Of a stretch of DNA of 64,000 bases, positions 38,262-47,946 are shown piece after piece. Below the pieces are notes generated by a model. That model saw only the letters and a program-made list of their open reading frames with translations, did not search any database and had not been told where the DNA came from. Origin of the DNA: Clostridia bacterium (GTDB taxonomy: Bacteria > Bacillota > Clostridia > Oscillospirales > CAG-272). The translations under genes and the position numbers were made by a program. The DNA lies in the NCBI GenBank assembly GCA_017504995.1, contig JAFVQC010000007.1:1846-65845 (forward strand), read 5' to 3'. The first letter of the stretch is position 1. Every line of letters begins with the position of its first letter.

Positions 38262-39335
38262 GTGGATATGAACGAAGAATTTGATTTTGAAAACCGAATC
38301 ATGACCACCTCCTACACCCGTGAGGACGGCAACGCCGAGCCATCGCTCCGCCCCAAGCGTCTGGAGGACTATATCGGGCAGGAGAAGGTCAAGGAGAATC
38401 TGAAGATCTATATTGAGGCGGCAAAGCTCCGCGGCGAAAGTCTCGATCACGTACTGCTTTACGGCCCTCCCGGTCTGGGTAAGACCACCCTATCCAATAT
38501 CATTGCCGAGGAAATGGGGGTCAACATTCGGGTGACGTCTGGTCCTGCCATCGAAAAGCAGGGCGACCTCGCCGCCCTGCTGACCAATCTTTCCGAGGGC
38601 GACGTGCTGTTTATCGACGAGATCCACCGCCTTTCCCGTTCGGTAGAGGAAATTCTCTACCCTGCCATGGAGGACGGGGCGCTGGATATCATCATCGGAA
38701 AAGGTCCTGCCGCCAGAAGCATTCGCATCGACCTGCCCCGCTTTACTCTCATCGGCGCGACCACCCGTGCGGGACAGCTGACCACCCCCCTGCGGGATCG
38801 CTTTGGCGTGATGCTGAAGCTGGAGCTTTACACCCCCGAGGAGCTGACCACCATCGTCATTCGAAGCGCGGGGATCTTGGGCTTTGCCATCACCGACGAC
38901 GGCGCGTATGAGATCGCGTCCCGTTCTCGGGGCACGCCCCGTATCGCCAACCGCCTGCTCAAGCGCGTCCGCGATTTTGCGCAGGTCAGCGGAAAAGAGG
39001 TCATCGACAGCAAGATCGCAAACCTTGCCCTCGGTCGCTTGGAGATCGACGCGCTGGGGCTGGACAACACCGACCGCAAGATGCTCGAAACCATTATCAA
39101 ATTTTACGACGGCGGTCCCGTGGGTCTGGAGACCCTTGCCGCCACCGTGGGCGAGGAAGCCATCACCTTGGAGGACGTTTACGAGCCTTATCTGCTTCAG
39201 ATCGGCTTCCTCAGCCGTACCCCCCGTGGCAGATGCGTAACGCGCCTCGCTTACGAGCACTTGGGCATTCCCTACGAGACGGCAAACCGTCCCCGCCCCA
39301 CGGAACAGATTACCCTCTTCGGCGAGGAAGCCTGA
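38262..39335 (+). CDS. ruvB: Holliday junction branch migration DNA helicase RuvB
   Basis: [19 protein letters not shown], Walker [17 protein letters not shown], and a winged-helix C-terminus. Confidence 0.95.
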   Translation: MDMNEEFDFENRIMTTSYTREDGNAEPSLRPKRLEDYIGQEKVKENLKIYIEAAKLRGESLDHVLLYGPPGLGKTTLSNIIAEEMGVNIRVTSGPAIEKQGDLAALLTNLSEGDVLFIDEIHRLSRSVEEILYPAMEDGALDIIIGKGPAARSIRIDLPRFTLIGATTRAGQLTTPLRDRFGVMLKLELYTPEELTTIVIRSAGILGFAITDDGAYEIASRSRGTPRIANRLLKRVRDFAQVSGKEVIDSKIANLALGRLEIDALGLDNTDRKMLETIIKFYDGGPVGLETLAATVGEEAITLEDVYEPYLLQIGFLSRTPRGRCVTRLAYEHLGIPYETANRPRPTEQITLFGEEA

Positions 39336-39378
39336 CTCAATTCCCTTTTGACTTTTTTAGGATAGGAGCAATGCTATC

Positions 39379-40476
39379 ATGAACACCATACGAACGAGCG
39401 CGGATATCGCGAAAGCCCTTGAGACGATTAAGGAGCGAGGCGGCTCTGTGTACCTGCCCGCGGGAGAGTACACCGTCAACGAGCCAATCGTCATCGACAC
39501 CCCCTCCTCTCGCTTGCAGGGAGAGGTCTGGGCGTACAATCTTGATCCCAACGGCGTGTTTGAAACGCCCTATGGCACAAAGCTCCGCTTAAAGGGGAAG
39601 GATCACCCCGCTATCTCGGTAGGAGTGAACGGACTCCCCGCGGGGGCAATGGTCTGCGATATCGGCATTCAGGGCGACATCGTTGGCATGGATACCCGTA
39701 CGATGTTTGATATCAAGAACCCAGCCGCGTCGGCAGGCTTGTACTTCGGCTCGAAGCGAGTAGATCAGGGCGAGTTTTCGAAGATCTCCTGCTGCGGACT
39801 TGGCGCGGCGCTTTGCTTTGCCGACGACGGGCAGATCGATGCCTGTAACTTCCGCGGAATCAACACCGACGGCTGTTGCCTTGGCGTTTATTTCGCGCCG
39901 AGGGCGGCGTATTACGTCCACTTCAATCAATGCGTGATGGCGGATAACCCGTCCTACGGCTTCTTTGCGGATGGTACGAGCACCACCGAGCGAAAGCGTG
40001 GAATCCACAACATGGATATTACCAACATTCACTTCGTGAGAAACTGCGGCGCAAGTCCCATCAAGGACGAAGTGCCTGCGGCGGTCTATCTCAAAAACAT
40101 CTCCCGATGTACCTTCCGCGACAACGTCGTGGATTATCCCGGTACGTTTTGGTACTATCCACCTACTGCCACCGACAATCGGGAACGGCAGATTTCCCAA
40201 AATCAAGCCATCGGCTTGTATATCGTAGGCAATGAAAACCGCATTTTCAACAACGTATTTACGCACTCCTCCCGTGAGGCGATCCTCATTCAAGGAAGCG
40301 GTAACGTGATGATGTGCAACGTTGCCGACGGCGACGTGATTATCGAGGGGGAGAACAACGTGGTCAACGCCCTTTCCCTCAGCAAGGAAGGTCGGCTGGT
40401 CCTGAAGGGGGCTGCGGCAAATACCACCCACGTCACCGCCGTAGACGAGCAACGAATCCTCCGCGTAGCGGACTGA
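39379..40476 (+). CDS. Right-handed parallel beta-helix repeat protein (pectate-lyase-superfamily fold), no signal peptide
   Basis: N-terminus IAKALETIKERGGSVYLPAGEYTVNEPIVI is typical of the pectate_lyase_3 / GH28-related cap. Repetitive N/G/I/V-rich coils follow (NRIFNNVF, GSGNVMMCNV, GENNVVN). Confidence 0.7.
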   Translation: MNTIRTSADIAKALETIKERGGSVYLPAGEYTVNEPIVIDTPSSRLQGEVWAYNLDPNGVFETPYGTKLRLKGKDHPAISVGVNGLPAGAMVCDIGIQGDIVGMDTRTMFDIKNPAASAGLYFGSKRVDQGEFSKISCCGLGAALCFADDGQIDACNFRGINTDGCCLGVYFAPRAAYYVHFNQCVMADNPSYGFFADGTSTTERKRGIHNMDITNIHFVRNCGASPIKDEVPAAVYLKNISRCTFRDNVVDYPGTFWYYPPTATDNRERQISQNQAIGLYIVGNENRIFNNVFTHSSREAILIQGSGNVMMCNVADGDVIIEGENNVVNALSLSKEGRLVLKGAAANTTHVTAVDEQRILRVAD

Positions 40477-40502
40477 TCCGTCGGATTGAATGACAAACCA
40501 AA

Positions 40503-40547
40503 AGAGCAAACACGCAAGAAAAAATCTTGTGTGTCTGCTCTTTTTCT
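40503..40547 (+). terminator. Rho-independent terminator
   Basis: AGAGCAAACACGCAAG-aaaaaat-CTTGTGTGTCTGCTCT followed by TTTTCT. Confidence 0.7.
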
Positions 40548-40609
40548 GTTGGTGCGTATATCCGATCTCGCTTCGCGCTGTCACGGAAACGCCTTTTTCT
40601 TCCCGTTTT

Positions 40610-41434
40610 TTAATCCAAGAACTCCTTTTTCAGGTTGTCCAGCGCAAACGCCTTTGCCAGATCCAAGAAATTCTGCTTTTCAATGGTTTGGAGAACGGGC
40701 ATACCCATGGAACGAACCTTTACGTATACCTCTGCGCTCTTTTCTACGGTATGCGCCAAGCCAAAGGTGCTCTCAAAGTCCTCACCGATACAGAAGATGC
40801 CGTGATGCGCCCAAATCAGAACGTCATACTCCTTCATCTTTTCCGCCGATGCTACGGCAATGTCGCGTCCGCCGCAAACCATCCATGGAATCACACCCAC
40901 ACCCGCGGGAAATACCACGGGACACTCGGTCATCGACTCCCACAGCGCGCGGGTAAACACCTTGTCCTCAAGGGGAAGCACGAAGGTCATTGCGATCACA
41001 TTCGCGGGATGGCAATGGTACAGCACGCGGGACTTTCCGCCGCTTGCCAGCTTCTTGACCTCGTGGTTCATCAGATGGGAAGGAAGCTCGCTGGTGGGTC
41101 TGCCCCCCTTGGTCAAGCCCCATACGATACGGTATTCCGTTCCCTTTTCGTCCACCTCAACGATACAGCAGGTCTCCTCGGGGATCCGCTTGATATCGCT
41201 GAAATATTTTCCCGATCCCGTTACCATAAAGAATTCTCCGCCGAGATTGGGAACAGACGTTCCGATCTCCTGCCATTCGCCCGAAAAATCCAGATCCTCT
41301 CTGACCGTTTCGATCTCCTCGTTGGGGATCCGATAGGAAATATTACCTCCGTTTCTCTCGTGGAAGCGAAGCTGCCAGCCATCGTCCGCAAGACGGATAA
41401 AGCTCTGCGCAAATTCCGATTCTAATACTCTCAT
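40610..41434 (-). CDS. rhaD: Rhamnulose-1-phosphate aldolase
   Basis: 274 aa class II aldolase (ERNGGNISYR..., HCHPANVIAMT...HHGIF), last gene of rhaB-rhaA-rhaD. Confidence 0.85.
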   Translation of the reverse strand: MRVLESEFAQSFIRLADDGWQLRFHERNGGNISYRIPNEEIETVREDLDFSGEWQEIGTSVPNLGGEFFMVTGSGKYFSDIKRIPEETCCIVEVDEKGTEYRIVWGLTKGGRPTSELPSHLMNHEVKKLASGGKSRVLYHCHPANVIAMTFVLPLEDKVFTRALWESMTECPVVFPAGVGVIPWMVCGGRDIAVASAEKMKEYDVLIWAHHGIFCIGEDFESTFGLAHTVEKSAEVYVKVRSMGMPVLQTIEKQNFLDLAKAFALDNLKKEFLD

Positions 41435-41458
41435 CTTTTTTCTCCTTACTTTATTGCT

Positions 41459-42706
41459 TCATGATCTTTTCACGAGAACTTCCTTCTCGTAGGTCTTTAC
41501 TTCATCAAACCAAGCCGCATCTTCCTTTACACCGCACCGTCTGCAATATTCACCCCAGACAGCGCCCCAAGGATACGCCTTCAGCTCCTCCTGCATCACC
41601 ATCAGCTCGGTATGGCGACCCTCGTTTTGCAATTGCTTCAAGGACTCGTGAGGCGTCAGCATCGCGATCAGCAACGCCTTTCTGAAATTCCGCAAGCCCA
41701 CGGTCCACGCCGCGATGCGATTGATGCTTGCGTCAAAATAGTCCAGCGCAATGGCAACATCCTCGATCCTGCCGCTTGCCACGATCTCCTTGGCGATCTC
41801 CATCGTCTCGTCGTCCAAACGCACCACGTGGTCGGAATCCCAACGAACGGCGCGAGTCACGTGCAGGGCAAGCTTGGGAGAAAACAGCAGCATGGAGGAG
41901 ATCTTATCCGAAACCATCTCGGTGGGGTGATAGTGTCCGTTGTCCATCAGGGGCACGATCCCGCGGCTGAGCACGTATCCCATGCCGAATTCCGCCGATC
42001 CTACCGTATAAGACTCCAGTCCAATACCAAACACCTTGGATTCCAAGCAAACGAGAACCTTCTGGCGATCGTATCCAATGCCGAGGATTTCGTCCATCGA
42101 CTGCATGAATCTTGCTCTTGGAGAGAAGCGATCCGCGGGGATATCCTTATATCCGTCAGGGATCCATACGTTCATCACGCAAGGGATTCCCGTCTCGGCG
42201 GCGAAATATTCCGCGATCCGCAAGCACGCCTGTCCGTGTCGAACCCAGAAGCGTCGGATCTCCTCGTCGGGAGAGGAAAGTGTCAGCCCGTTTGCCTTGG
42301 GATGGGAGAAGAAGGTGGGGTTAAAGTCAAGTCCCATGCCTCTCTCCTTGGCAAAGGCGACCCATTTGGCAAAGTGCTTGGGCATAAGCGCGTCACGGTC
42401 TGCCCATTCGCCGTCCTCAAAGATGGCGTAGCAGGCGTGAAGATTCAGCTTATGCGCGCCGCCGTCCAAGGAAAATACCCGATCCATGTCCGCCATCAGC
42501 TCCTCGGGCGTTCTCGCCCGCCCGGGGTAATTTCCCGTGGTCTGGATTCCACCACTCAACTCTCCGTCAAAGTCAAAGCCCTTGACGTCGTCTCCCTGCC
42601 AGCAATGCACGGAGATCGGCACGGTTTGAAGGGAGGCGATCACCTGCTCGGTGTCGATTCCCAACGCTTCGTATTTTGCTTTTGCCAATTGATAATCCTG
42701 ATTCAT
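41459..42706 (-). CDS. rhaA: L-rhamnose isomerase
   Basis: 415 aa. SVHCWQGDDVKGFD..., NLHACYA..., HYHPTE, consistent with RhaA. Confidence 0.9.
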   Translation of the reverse strand: MNQDYQLAKAKYEALGIDTEQVIASLQTVPISVHCWQGDDVKGFDFDGELSGGIQTTGNYPGRARTPEELMADMDRVFSLDGGAHKLNLHACYAIFEDGEWADRDALMPKHFAKWVAFAKERGMGLDFNPTFFSHPKANGLTLSSPDEEIRRFWVRHGQACLRIAEYFAAETGIPCVMNVWIPDGYKDIPADRFSPRARFMQSMDEILGIGYDRQKVLVCLESKVFGIGLESYTVGSAEFGMGYVLSRGIVPLMDNGHYHPTEMVSDKISSMLLFSPKLALHVTRAVRWDSDHVVRLDDETMEIAKEIVASGRIEDVAIALDYFDASINRIAAWTVGLRNFRKALLIAMLTPHESLKQLQNEGRHTELMVMQEELKAYPWGAVWGEYCRRCGVKEDAAWFDEVKTYEKEVLVKRS

Positions 42707-42707
42707 C

Positions 42708-44096
42708 TTATTTCACCTCTACTTTTTTAATATCAAAGGAATGGAACACAGCATCTCTTGCCGCCGCCACCGAGGAAAACTCTCCCGTTGCCAGCATCTG
42801 ACACAAAATGTTTCCAATGGCGGTGGCTTCGGTCGGTCCTGTATATACGGGCACGCCGACCGCGCGGGCGGTCAGTCGGTTGAGGTATTCGTCTCGGCTA
42901 CCCCCACCGATAATATGAAGAGCCTCGGGCATCGCGCCCGTCACCTCCTCGATCTCCTTCATGGTTTCCGCATAACAGTCGGCAAGACCGTGATAGACGC
43001 AACACAATACCTCGTCAATGGGCATATCCGCCACACCGCAAGCGGTTCGAACGGCTTCGATCATACTCTCGGGAGCAAAAAACGCGTCGTCGTTGACCGA
43101 AATCCGATAGGGCGTATTGCCCACCGCCTCCGCCATCTCGCTCATCTCGGAGAAGGAATATTTTCCGTTCAATTCCCGTCGGATCGATTGGATCATCCAA
43201 AGTCCCATAATATTTTTCAGGAATCGGTAGCGACGGTCCACGCCGCCCTCGTTGGTAAAGTTATGTAAGCGCGCTTTGGGCGACGAATCGGCAACGAGTC
43301 GCTCCACACCCATCAAGGACCAAGTCCCCGAGCTGATATACGCCACTTGATCCGAATTGGTGGGAACTGCCAATACGGCAGACGCCGTATCGTGAGAGGC
43401 AGGATGAAGAACCGTCAGATCGTAACCGATCTCCTTCACGATCTCGGGGCGAAGCCGTCCTACGGTTTCCTTGGGCATAGAGATCGGTCCGAACAACTTC
43501 GTGGGATAGCCCAACCGTTCGATCAACTCCAGATCCCATTCTCCCGTTTGTACGTCGATCATCTGAGCAGTCGTTCCAATGGTATATTCCTGATGCTTTA
43601 CACCGGTCAAACAGAAATTCAGATAATCGGGCATCATCAAAAAGCTTTCCGCGCGCTCCAGCGCCTCAGGCGATTCCCCGCGGAGCGCCATCAATTGATA
43701 GACCGTGTTGCAGATCTGCTTCTGGATTCCCGTTCTGGCGTAAAGCTCCTCCTCGGGGACGATGGCATAAACCTTCTCGTCCATTCCCGCGGTGCGCCCG
43801 TCACGGTATCCCACCGCGTCACCGATCACCCGATCGCTCCCATCTAACAGTAAGAAATCCACACCCCACGTGTCAATGCCCATATAGGACGGAATCTTTC
43901 CAAGCTCCGCGCACTTTTTCATGCCCGCGATGATCTCCGTCACCAGTCGCTCGTGATCCCAACACAGCCGTCCGTTCTTCGGTGTCATTCCGTTGGAAAA
44001 CCGCCAAACCTCCTCCAAACGGATCTCACCGTTCTCGATCCAGCCCAGCAGATGTCTGCCGCTGGATGCGCCAATATCGACCGCAAGATAATACAT
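42708..44096 (-). CDS. rhaB: Rhamnulokinase
   Basis: 462 aa from ATG 44096 (GGGAGGG RBS). MYYLAVDIGASSGRH..., FGGY kinase fold. Confidence 0.85.
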   Translation of the reverse strand: MYYLAVDIGASSGRHLLGWIENGEIRLEEVWRFSNGMTPKNGRLCWDHERLVTEIIAGMKKCAELGKIPSYMGIDTWGVDFLLLDGSDRVIGDAVGYRDGRTAGMDEKVYAIVPEEELYARTGIQKQICNTVYQLMALRGESPEALERAESFLMMPDYLNFCLTGVKHQEYTIGTTAQMIDVQTGEWDLELIERLGYPTKLFGPISMPKETVGRLRPEIVKEIGYDLTVLHPASHDTASAVLAVPTNSDQVAYISSGTWSLMGVERLVADSSPKARLHNFTNEGGVDRRYRFLKNIMGLWMIQSIRRELNGKYSFSEMSEMAEAVGNTPYRISVNDDAFFAPESMIEAVRTACGVADMPIDEVLCCVYHGLADCYAETMKEIEEVTGAMPEALHIIGGGSRDEYLNRLTARAVGVPVYTGPTEATAIGNILCQMLATGEFSSVAAARDAVFHSFDIKKVEVK

Positions 44097-44197
44097 GGTT
44101 ATCCCTCCCAAACTGCTTTTTTTATATTGTATCATATTTTTTCAGAAAAGATAAGGTCGTTTTTTTACCTGTTTTGTGTCTTTTTTTATCTTTTTTA

Positions 44198-44226
44198 TTG
44201 CAATTCATACAAAACTGTGTTACAAT
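44198..44226 (+). promoter_or_regulatory. SigA-type promoter (extended -10) of the AraC regulator, divergent from rhaBAD
   Basis: TTGCAA (44198-44203), 17-nt spacer, TGtTACAAT (44218-44226). Confidence 0.55.
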
Positions 44227-44253
44227 AAAGAAAAATGAGAGGGGGGGAAACCG

Positions 44254-45240
44254 ATGAAAGAGCATATTTTGGAAACGCTGTCCCAAATCACGCCGGAAGA
44301 AGAGTATATTCTGTTCACCGAAGTACCAACGGTGCATCAATCCTTATACGCCAAAACAGGCCGTTTTCTGGTGGAACGGCGGCATATTTCTCATATCGCT
44401 TTCGGAGAGTCCACCGCGGCGATCTGTATTCGTCCCCACCCCCGTTTTCGGGCGTTCCCCACCCATTCTCACGATTACATTGAAATGATGTACGTTTTCA
44501 ACGGAACGATCACCCACGCATTCGATCAAACCGAGGTTTGCCTGCAAACGAACGACCTGATCCTCATGGGACGAAACGCCCGCCATTCGATCCTTGAGAC
44601 GGGACAGAACGATATCGGGATCAATCTGATCGTTTCCTGCGATCTTTTTGAATCCCTCGTTCATTCCATTCGCTCCAATTCCCAGCTTCCCGTGACGATC
44701 TTGGAAGGCTTGTTGGAGGAAAACGGAATGCCGTTTTGCGTTTTTCACGGCGCGGAAAGCCTTGCCGTACGCAATCTGCTGGAAAGCATGATCGATGCGG
44801 TGATCTGCCGGAAAAGAATCGACGGCTTCGTGCTTCAGCAATCCCTTCATCTGCTTTTGTGCTACGTCTCTTCCCTGTCCACCGCCATCTCGGTATCCGA
44901 TTCGGACAACGCGGAGGAGCAGCTGAAAAAAAAGATCCGAAACTATCTTCGGACCTCCTATAGCACCGCCACGCTGACCGAAGCCGCCGATATGCTGGGA
45001 CTGTCGCCGCCGTATCTGAGCAGGATCATTCGCAAAAGCTTTGGCGTCAGCTTCAAGGAGCTATTGATGGCAGAGCGCTTTGATCTCGCTCGGGAATTGC
45101 TCTGTACTACAAAGCTCCCCATCGGCGAGATCCTTCACCAGATCGGCTATGAAAACAGCAGTTATTTTCACAAGGAATTCAAAAGACGATACGGCATGCC
45201 CCCCATGGCATATCGAAAAAGCAATCGGATCAACCACTGA
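44254..45240 (+). CDS. AraC family transcriptional regulator (likely rhamnose regulator, RhaR/RhaS-like)
   Basis: Cupin N-terminus (FPTHSHDYIEMMYVFNG) and a C-terminal AraC HTH (LTEAADMLGLSPPYLSRIIRKSFG...YENSSYFHKEFKRRYGMPP). Divergent from rhaBAD. Confidence 0.8.
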   Translation: MKEHILETLSQITPEEEYILFTEVPTVHQSLYAKTGRFLVERRHISHIAFGESTAAICIRPHPRFRAFPTHSHDYIEMMYVFNGTITHAFDQTEVCLQTNDLILMGRNARHSILETGQNDIGINLIVSCDLFESLVHSIRSNSQLPVTILEGLLEENGMPFCVFHGAESLAVRNLLESMIDAVICRKRIDGFVLQQSLHLLLCYVSSLSTAISVSDSDNAEEQLKKKIRNYLRTSYSTATLTEAADMLGLSPPYLSRIIRKSFGVSFKELLMAERFDLARELLCTTKLPIGEILHQIGYENSSYFHKEFKRRYGMPPMAYRKSNRINH

Positions 45241-45254
45241 TTTTCAAAAGTAAA

Positions 45255-45276
45255 GCGGAGAGCCAAGGCTCTCCGC
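45255..45276 (-). terminator. Terminator of the Cys-rich protein gene
   Basis: GCGGAGAGCC/GGCTCTCCGC hairpin. On the minus strand it is followed by TTTACTTTT. Confidence 0.6.
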
Positions 45277-45299
45277 GATTCGTTGCTTGAAGCATTCTT

Positions 45300-46139
45300 T
45301 TAACTGCCACAGCCGCACTTTCCGCCGCCGTGATTCCCGCCTTGAGGAAGGTAACCGGGAGGACAGAACTCCGAGGTGGGAAACGCCATGTTGCGGAATA
45401 CGGCGCAGGGATTATCGTCCTCGGTGGAAATGCACTCCTTATCGGGCACGCAATATTCCGTAGCGTGAATGAGATACTGGGCGGGTCGAACGATGCGAAC
45501 GACCGAAAAGATTCCCAAGGAAACCGTCAGGTATCTTCCGTCGCTGTCACTCAGCACGCCGTCAAGCCGTCCGGATACGCTGTCGGGGATATCGCCGCAG
45601 CAACAGCAGCAACAGCAGGGATCGTCCGCCTCACGCACTTTGGAATTGAGAATAATGGGATCTACCACCTCTACGATGGCGATGGGCACGTTTTTCGTAG
45701 AGCAGCAAGGCTCGGGGAGCGCGCAATAGTCCGAGGTGTCGGGATTGCTCTTGAAGATGCTGACGTTGCTTTCGCTTCCGTACAGGATCACCTTCTTCTC
45801 CAGAACCGCCACGCCCTCGAATTCCTGACTCCGTCCGCCGCACAGGCACGCCTCAAATACGATCTTCACGTAAAATTTGATGGTGACCGAATAAAAGCCG
45901 CGGTTGAATCTGACCGGATCGATTCCGATGTAGGTCCAAGTAATGCACGCGCTTTTGGCGCGAATATTGGTGGTATGCTCTAAAATATCGTTTCCGAAAT
46001 CAGTAAGCAGTACCTTTACGTCCTCAAAGCAATCTCTGTCGCGGCAGGAATCCAGAATACGGTTGGTCTCGATACAAACCATTTCGGTTTTTGCCGTGTT
46101 TTTATCAGAATTGCCACAAGAAAATCTGTTCTCTGACAT
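45300..46139 (-). CDS. Hypothetical cysteine-rich protein (279 aa, 23 Cys, CCCCCCC run)
   Basis: ATG 46139 behind AGGAGG. MSENRFSCGNSD...VCIETNRILDSCRDRDCFEDVKV...DDPCCCCCCCGDIPDS...GGNHGGGKCGCGS. Monocistronic, with its own terminator. No family recognised. Confidence 0.7.
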   Translation of the reverse strand: MSENRFSCGNSDKNTAKTEMVCIETNRILDSCRDRDCFEDVKVLLTDFGNDILEHTTNIRAKSACITWTYIGIDPVRFNRGFYSVTIKFYVKIVFEACLCGGRSQEFEGVAVLEKKVILYGSESNVSIFKSNPDTSDYCALPEPCCSTKNVPIAIVEVVDPIILNSKVREADDPCCCCCCCGDIPDSVSGRLDGVLSDSDGRYLTVSLGIFSVVRIVRPAQYLIHATEYCVPDKECISTEDDNPCAVFRNMAFPTSEFCPPGYLPQGGNHGGGKCGCGS

Positions 46140-46273
46140 AGGATCTTTTTCCTCCTGAAGTAATGATCGAAGCATTTGCTCCTTTTCTCTATCAGCATAT
46201 GCGGAAGAACATTTTTTGACAATAAGTGATAGGGACGCTTGGAAAAATTTTAAAAATATATTTGCCGAACTAC

Positions 46274-46302
46274 TTGAAAAAAAGTCGAAAATGTATTAAA
46301 AT
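46274..46302 (+). promoter_or_regulatory. SigA-type promoter for the DUF1846 gene
   Basis: TTGAAA (46274-46279), 17-nt spacer, TAAAAT (46297-46302). Confidence 0.5.
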
Positions 46303-46333
46303 ATATAATGATATTGTTTTTAGTGAGGATAGT

Positions 46334-47821
46334 ATGAATAGAATCGGTTTTGACAATAACAAATATATTCAGCTGCAGTCCCAAAAAATTCAGGAAAGAA
46401 TCTCGGGCTTTGGCGGAAAGCTCTATTTGGAGTTCGGCGGAAAGCTCTTTGACGACTATCACGCCTCCCGCGTGCTCCCCGGTTTTCAGCCCGACAGTAA
46501 GATCCGTATGCTCCTGAGCATGAAGGAGGACGCCGAGGTCATTATCGTCGTATCCGCTACCGCCATCGAGCAGAACAAGATGCGGGGAGATTTGGGCATC
46601 ACCTACGACATGGACGCCCTCCGCCTCATTGATACCTTTGGAGAGATCGGCATTGCCGTAGGCGGCGTGGTCATTACTCAGTATATGCACCAGTCGGCTG
46701 TGGATACCTTTATCAAGCGATTGGAGAATCTGGGGATCAAGGTCTACCGCCACTATCATATCGCGGGCTATCCCACGAACGTGAAAAAGATCGTCAGCGA
46801 GGACGGCTACGGCAAAAACGATTATATTGAAACCACCAAGTCCTTGGTGGTGGTCACCGCCCCAGGTCCGGGAAGCGGCAAGATGGCGGTTTGTCTGTCT
46901 CAGCTCTATCACGACCATCTTCGCGGCATCAAGGCGGGATACGCCAAATTTGAGACCTTCCCCGTCTGGAATCTGCCCTTGAAGCATCCCGTGAACATGG
47001 CGTACGAGGCGGCAACGGTGGATCTGAACGACGTGAACATGATCGACCCCTTCCATCTGGAAGCAACGGGCATTACCACCGTCAATTACAACCGTGATAT
47101 TGAGATCTTCCCCGTGCTCAAGGCGATCTTTGAGAAGATCTACGGCAAATGTCCTTACAAGTCCCCTACCGACATGGGCGTGAATATGGCAGGCTACTGC
47201 ATCACCGACAACGAGGTGGTAGCAAGAGCGTCCAAGATGGAGATCGTCCGCCGCTACTACGACACCGTCAACCGCAAGCGCAACGGTCTTGCCGATGCCA
47301 ACGAGGTGTATCAGGCAGAGCTGATCATGGAGCAGGTGGGCGTGGACGTGAACTTCCGTCAAGTGGTCAAGTACGCCTTGGCGAAAGCCGAGGAAACGGG
47401 CGAGGCTGCCGCCGCTATTGAGCTGCCCGACGGCACGGTGGTGACAGGAAAGACCTCCAATCTGATGGGTCCCTCTGCCGCCGTTCTCATGAACGCGCTG
47501 AAGCAGCTCGGTGGGATCAACGCCGAATTTTTGCTTCTTCCCTCGGTGGTCATCGAGCCTTTGCAAAAGCTGAAGATCGAGAATCTGGGCAACCAAAACC
47601 CCAGACTCCACGCCGACGAGATCCTGATCGCCCTTGCGATCTCGGCAACCACCAACCCCATGGCGGCAATGGCGCTGGAACAGTTGCCCAAGCTACGCGG
47701 CTGTCAGGCGCACGTCAGCGTGAGCGTATCCAACGTAGACAAAAATATTTACCGAAAGCTCGGCATCGATCTGACCTACGAGCCAATCTACGAATCCAAG
47801 AAATTTTATCATAAATCCTAA
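46334..47821 (+). CDS. DUF1846 (UPF0371) family protein
   Basis: 495 aa from ATG 46334 (GAGGA RBS). MNRIGFDNNKYIQLQSQKIQERI...YLEFGGKLFDDYHASRVLPGF is a typical UPF0371 N-terminus. Confidence 0.85.
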   Translation: MNRIGFDNNKYIQLQSQKIQERISGFGGKLYLEFGGKLFDDYHASRVLPGFQPDSKIRMLLSMKEDAEVIIVVSATAIEQNKMRGDLGITYDMDALRLIDTFGEIGIAVGGVVITQYMHQSAVDTFIKRLENLGIKVYRHYHIAGYPTNVKKIVSEDGYGKNDYIETTKSLVVVTAPGPGSGKMAVCLSQLYHDHLRGIKAGYAKFETFPVWNLPLKHPVNMAYEAATVDLNDVNMIDPFHLEATGITTVNYNRDIEIFPVLKAIFEKIYGKCPYKSPTDMGVNMAGYCITDNEVVARASKMEIVRRYYDTVNRKRNGLADANEVYQAELIMEQVGVDVNFRQVVKYALAKAEETGEAAAAIELPDGTVVTGKTSNLMGPSAAVLMNALKQLGGINAEFLLLPSVVIEPLQKLKIENLGNQNPRLHADEILIALAISATTNPMAAMALEQLPKLRGCQAHVSVSVSNVDKNIYRKLGIDLTYEPIYESKKFYHKS

Positions 47822-47828
47822 GGATAGC

Positions 47829-47875
47829 ACAAAAACGGACGATTGAAAAGGGCTGTTCTCTTAAGGACAGTTTTT
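47829..47875 (+). repeat. Left arm of the ~45-bp inverted repeat bracketing the AT-rich island (also a weak terminator of the DUF1846 gene)
   Basis: ACAAAAACGGACGATTGAAAAGGGCTGTTCTCTTAAGGACAGTTTTT. About 37 of 44 positions match the reverse complement of 48977-49020 by eye. Confidence 0.8.
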
Positions 47876-47910
47876 AAACTTAAAAAGAATATCTTATTTA
47901 CTGATAAAAA

Positions 47911-47946
47911 TGACAGAGAACACTTTTTATTCTCTGTCATTTTTTC
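47911..47946. terminator. Bidirectional terminator (GACAGAGAA hairpin family)
   Basis: TGACAGAGAA-cacttttta-TTCTCTGTCA with a T-run on both strands. It directly abuts the stop of the small Cys-rich ORF. The stem is similar to 55936-55962. Confidence 0.75.
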
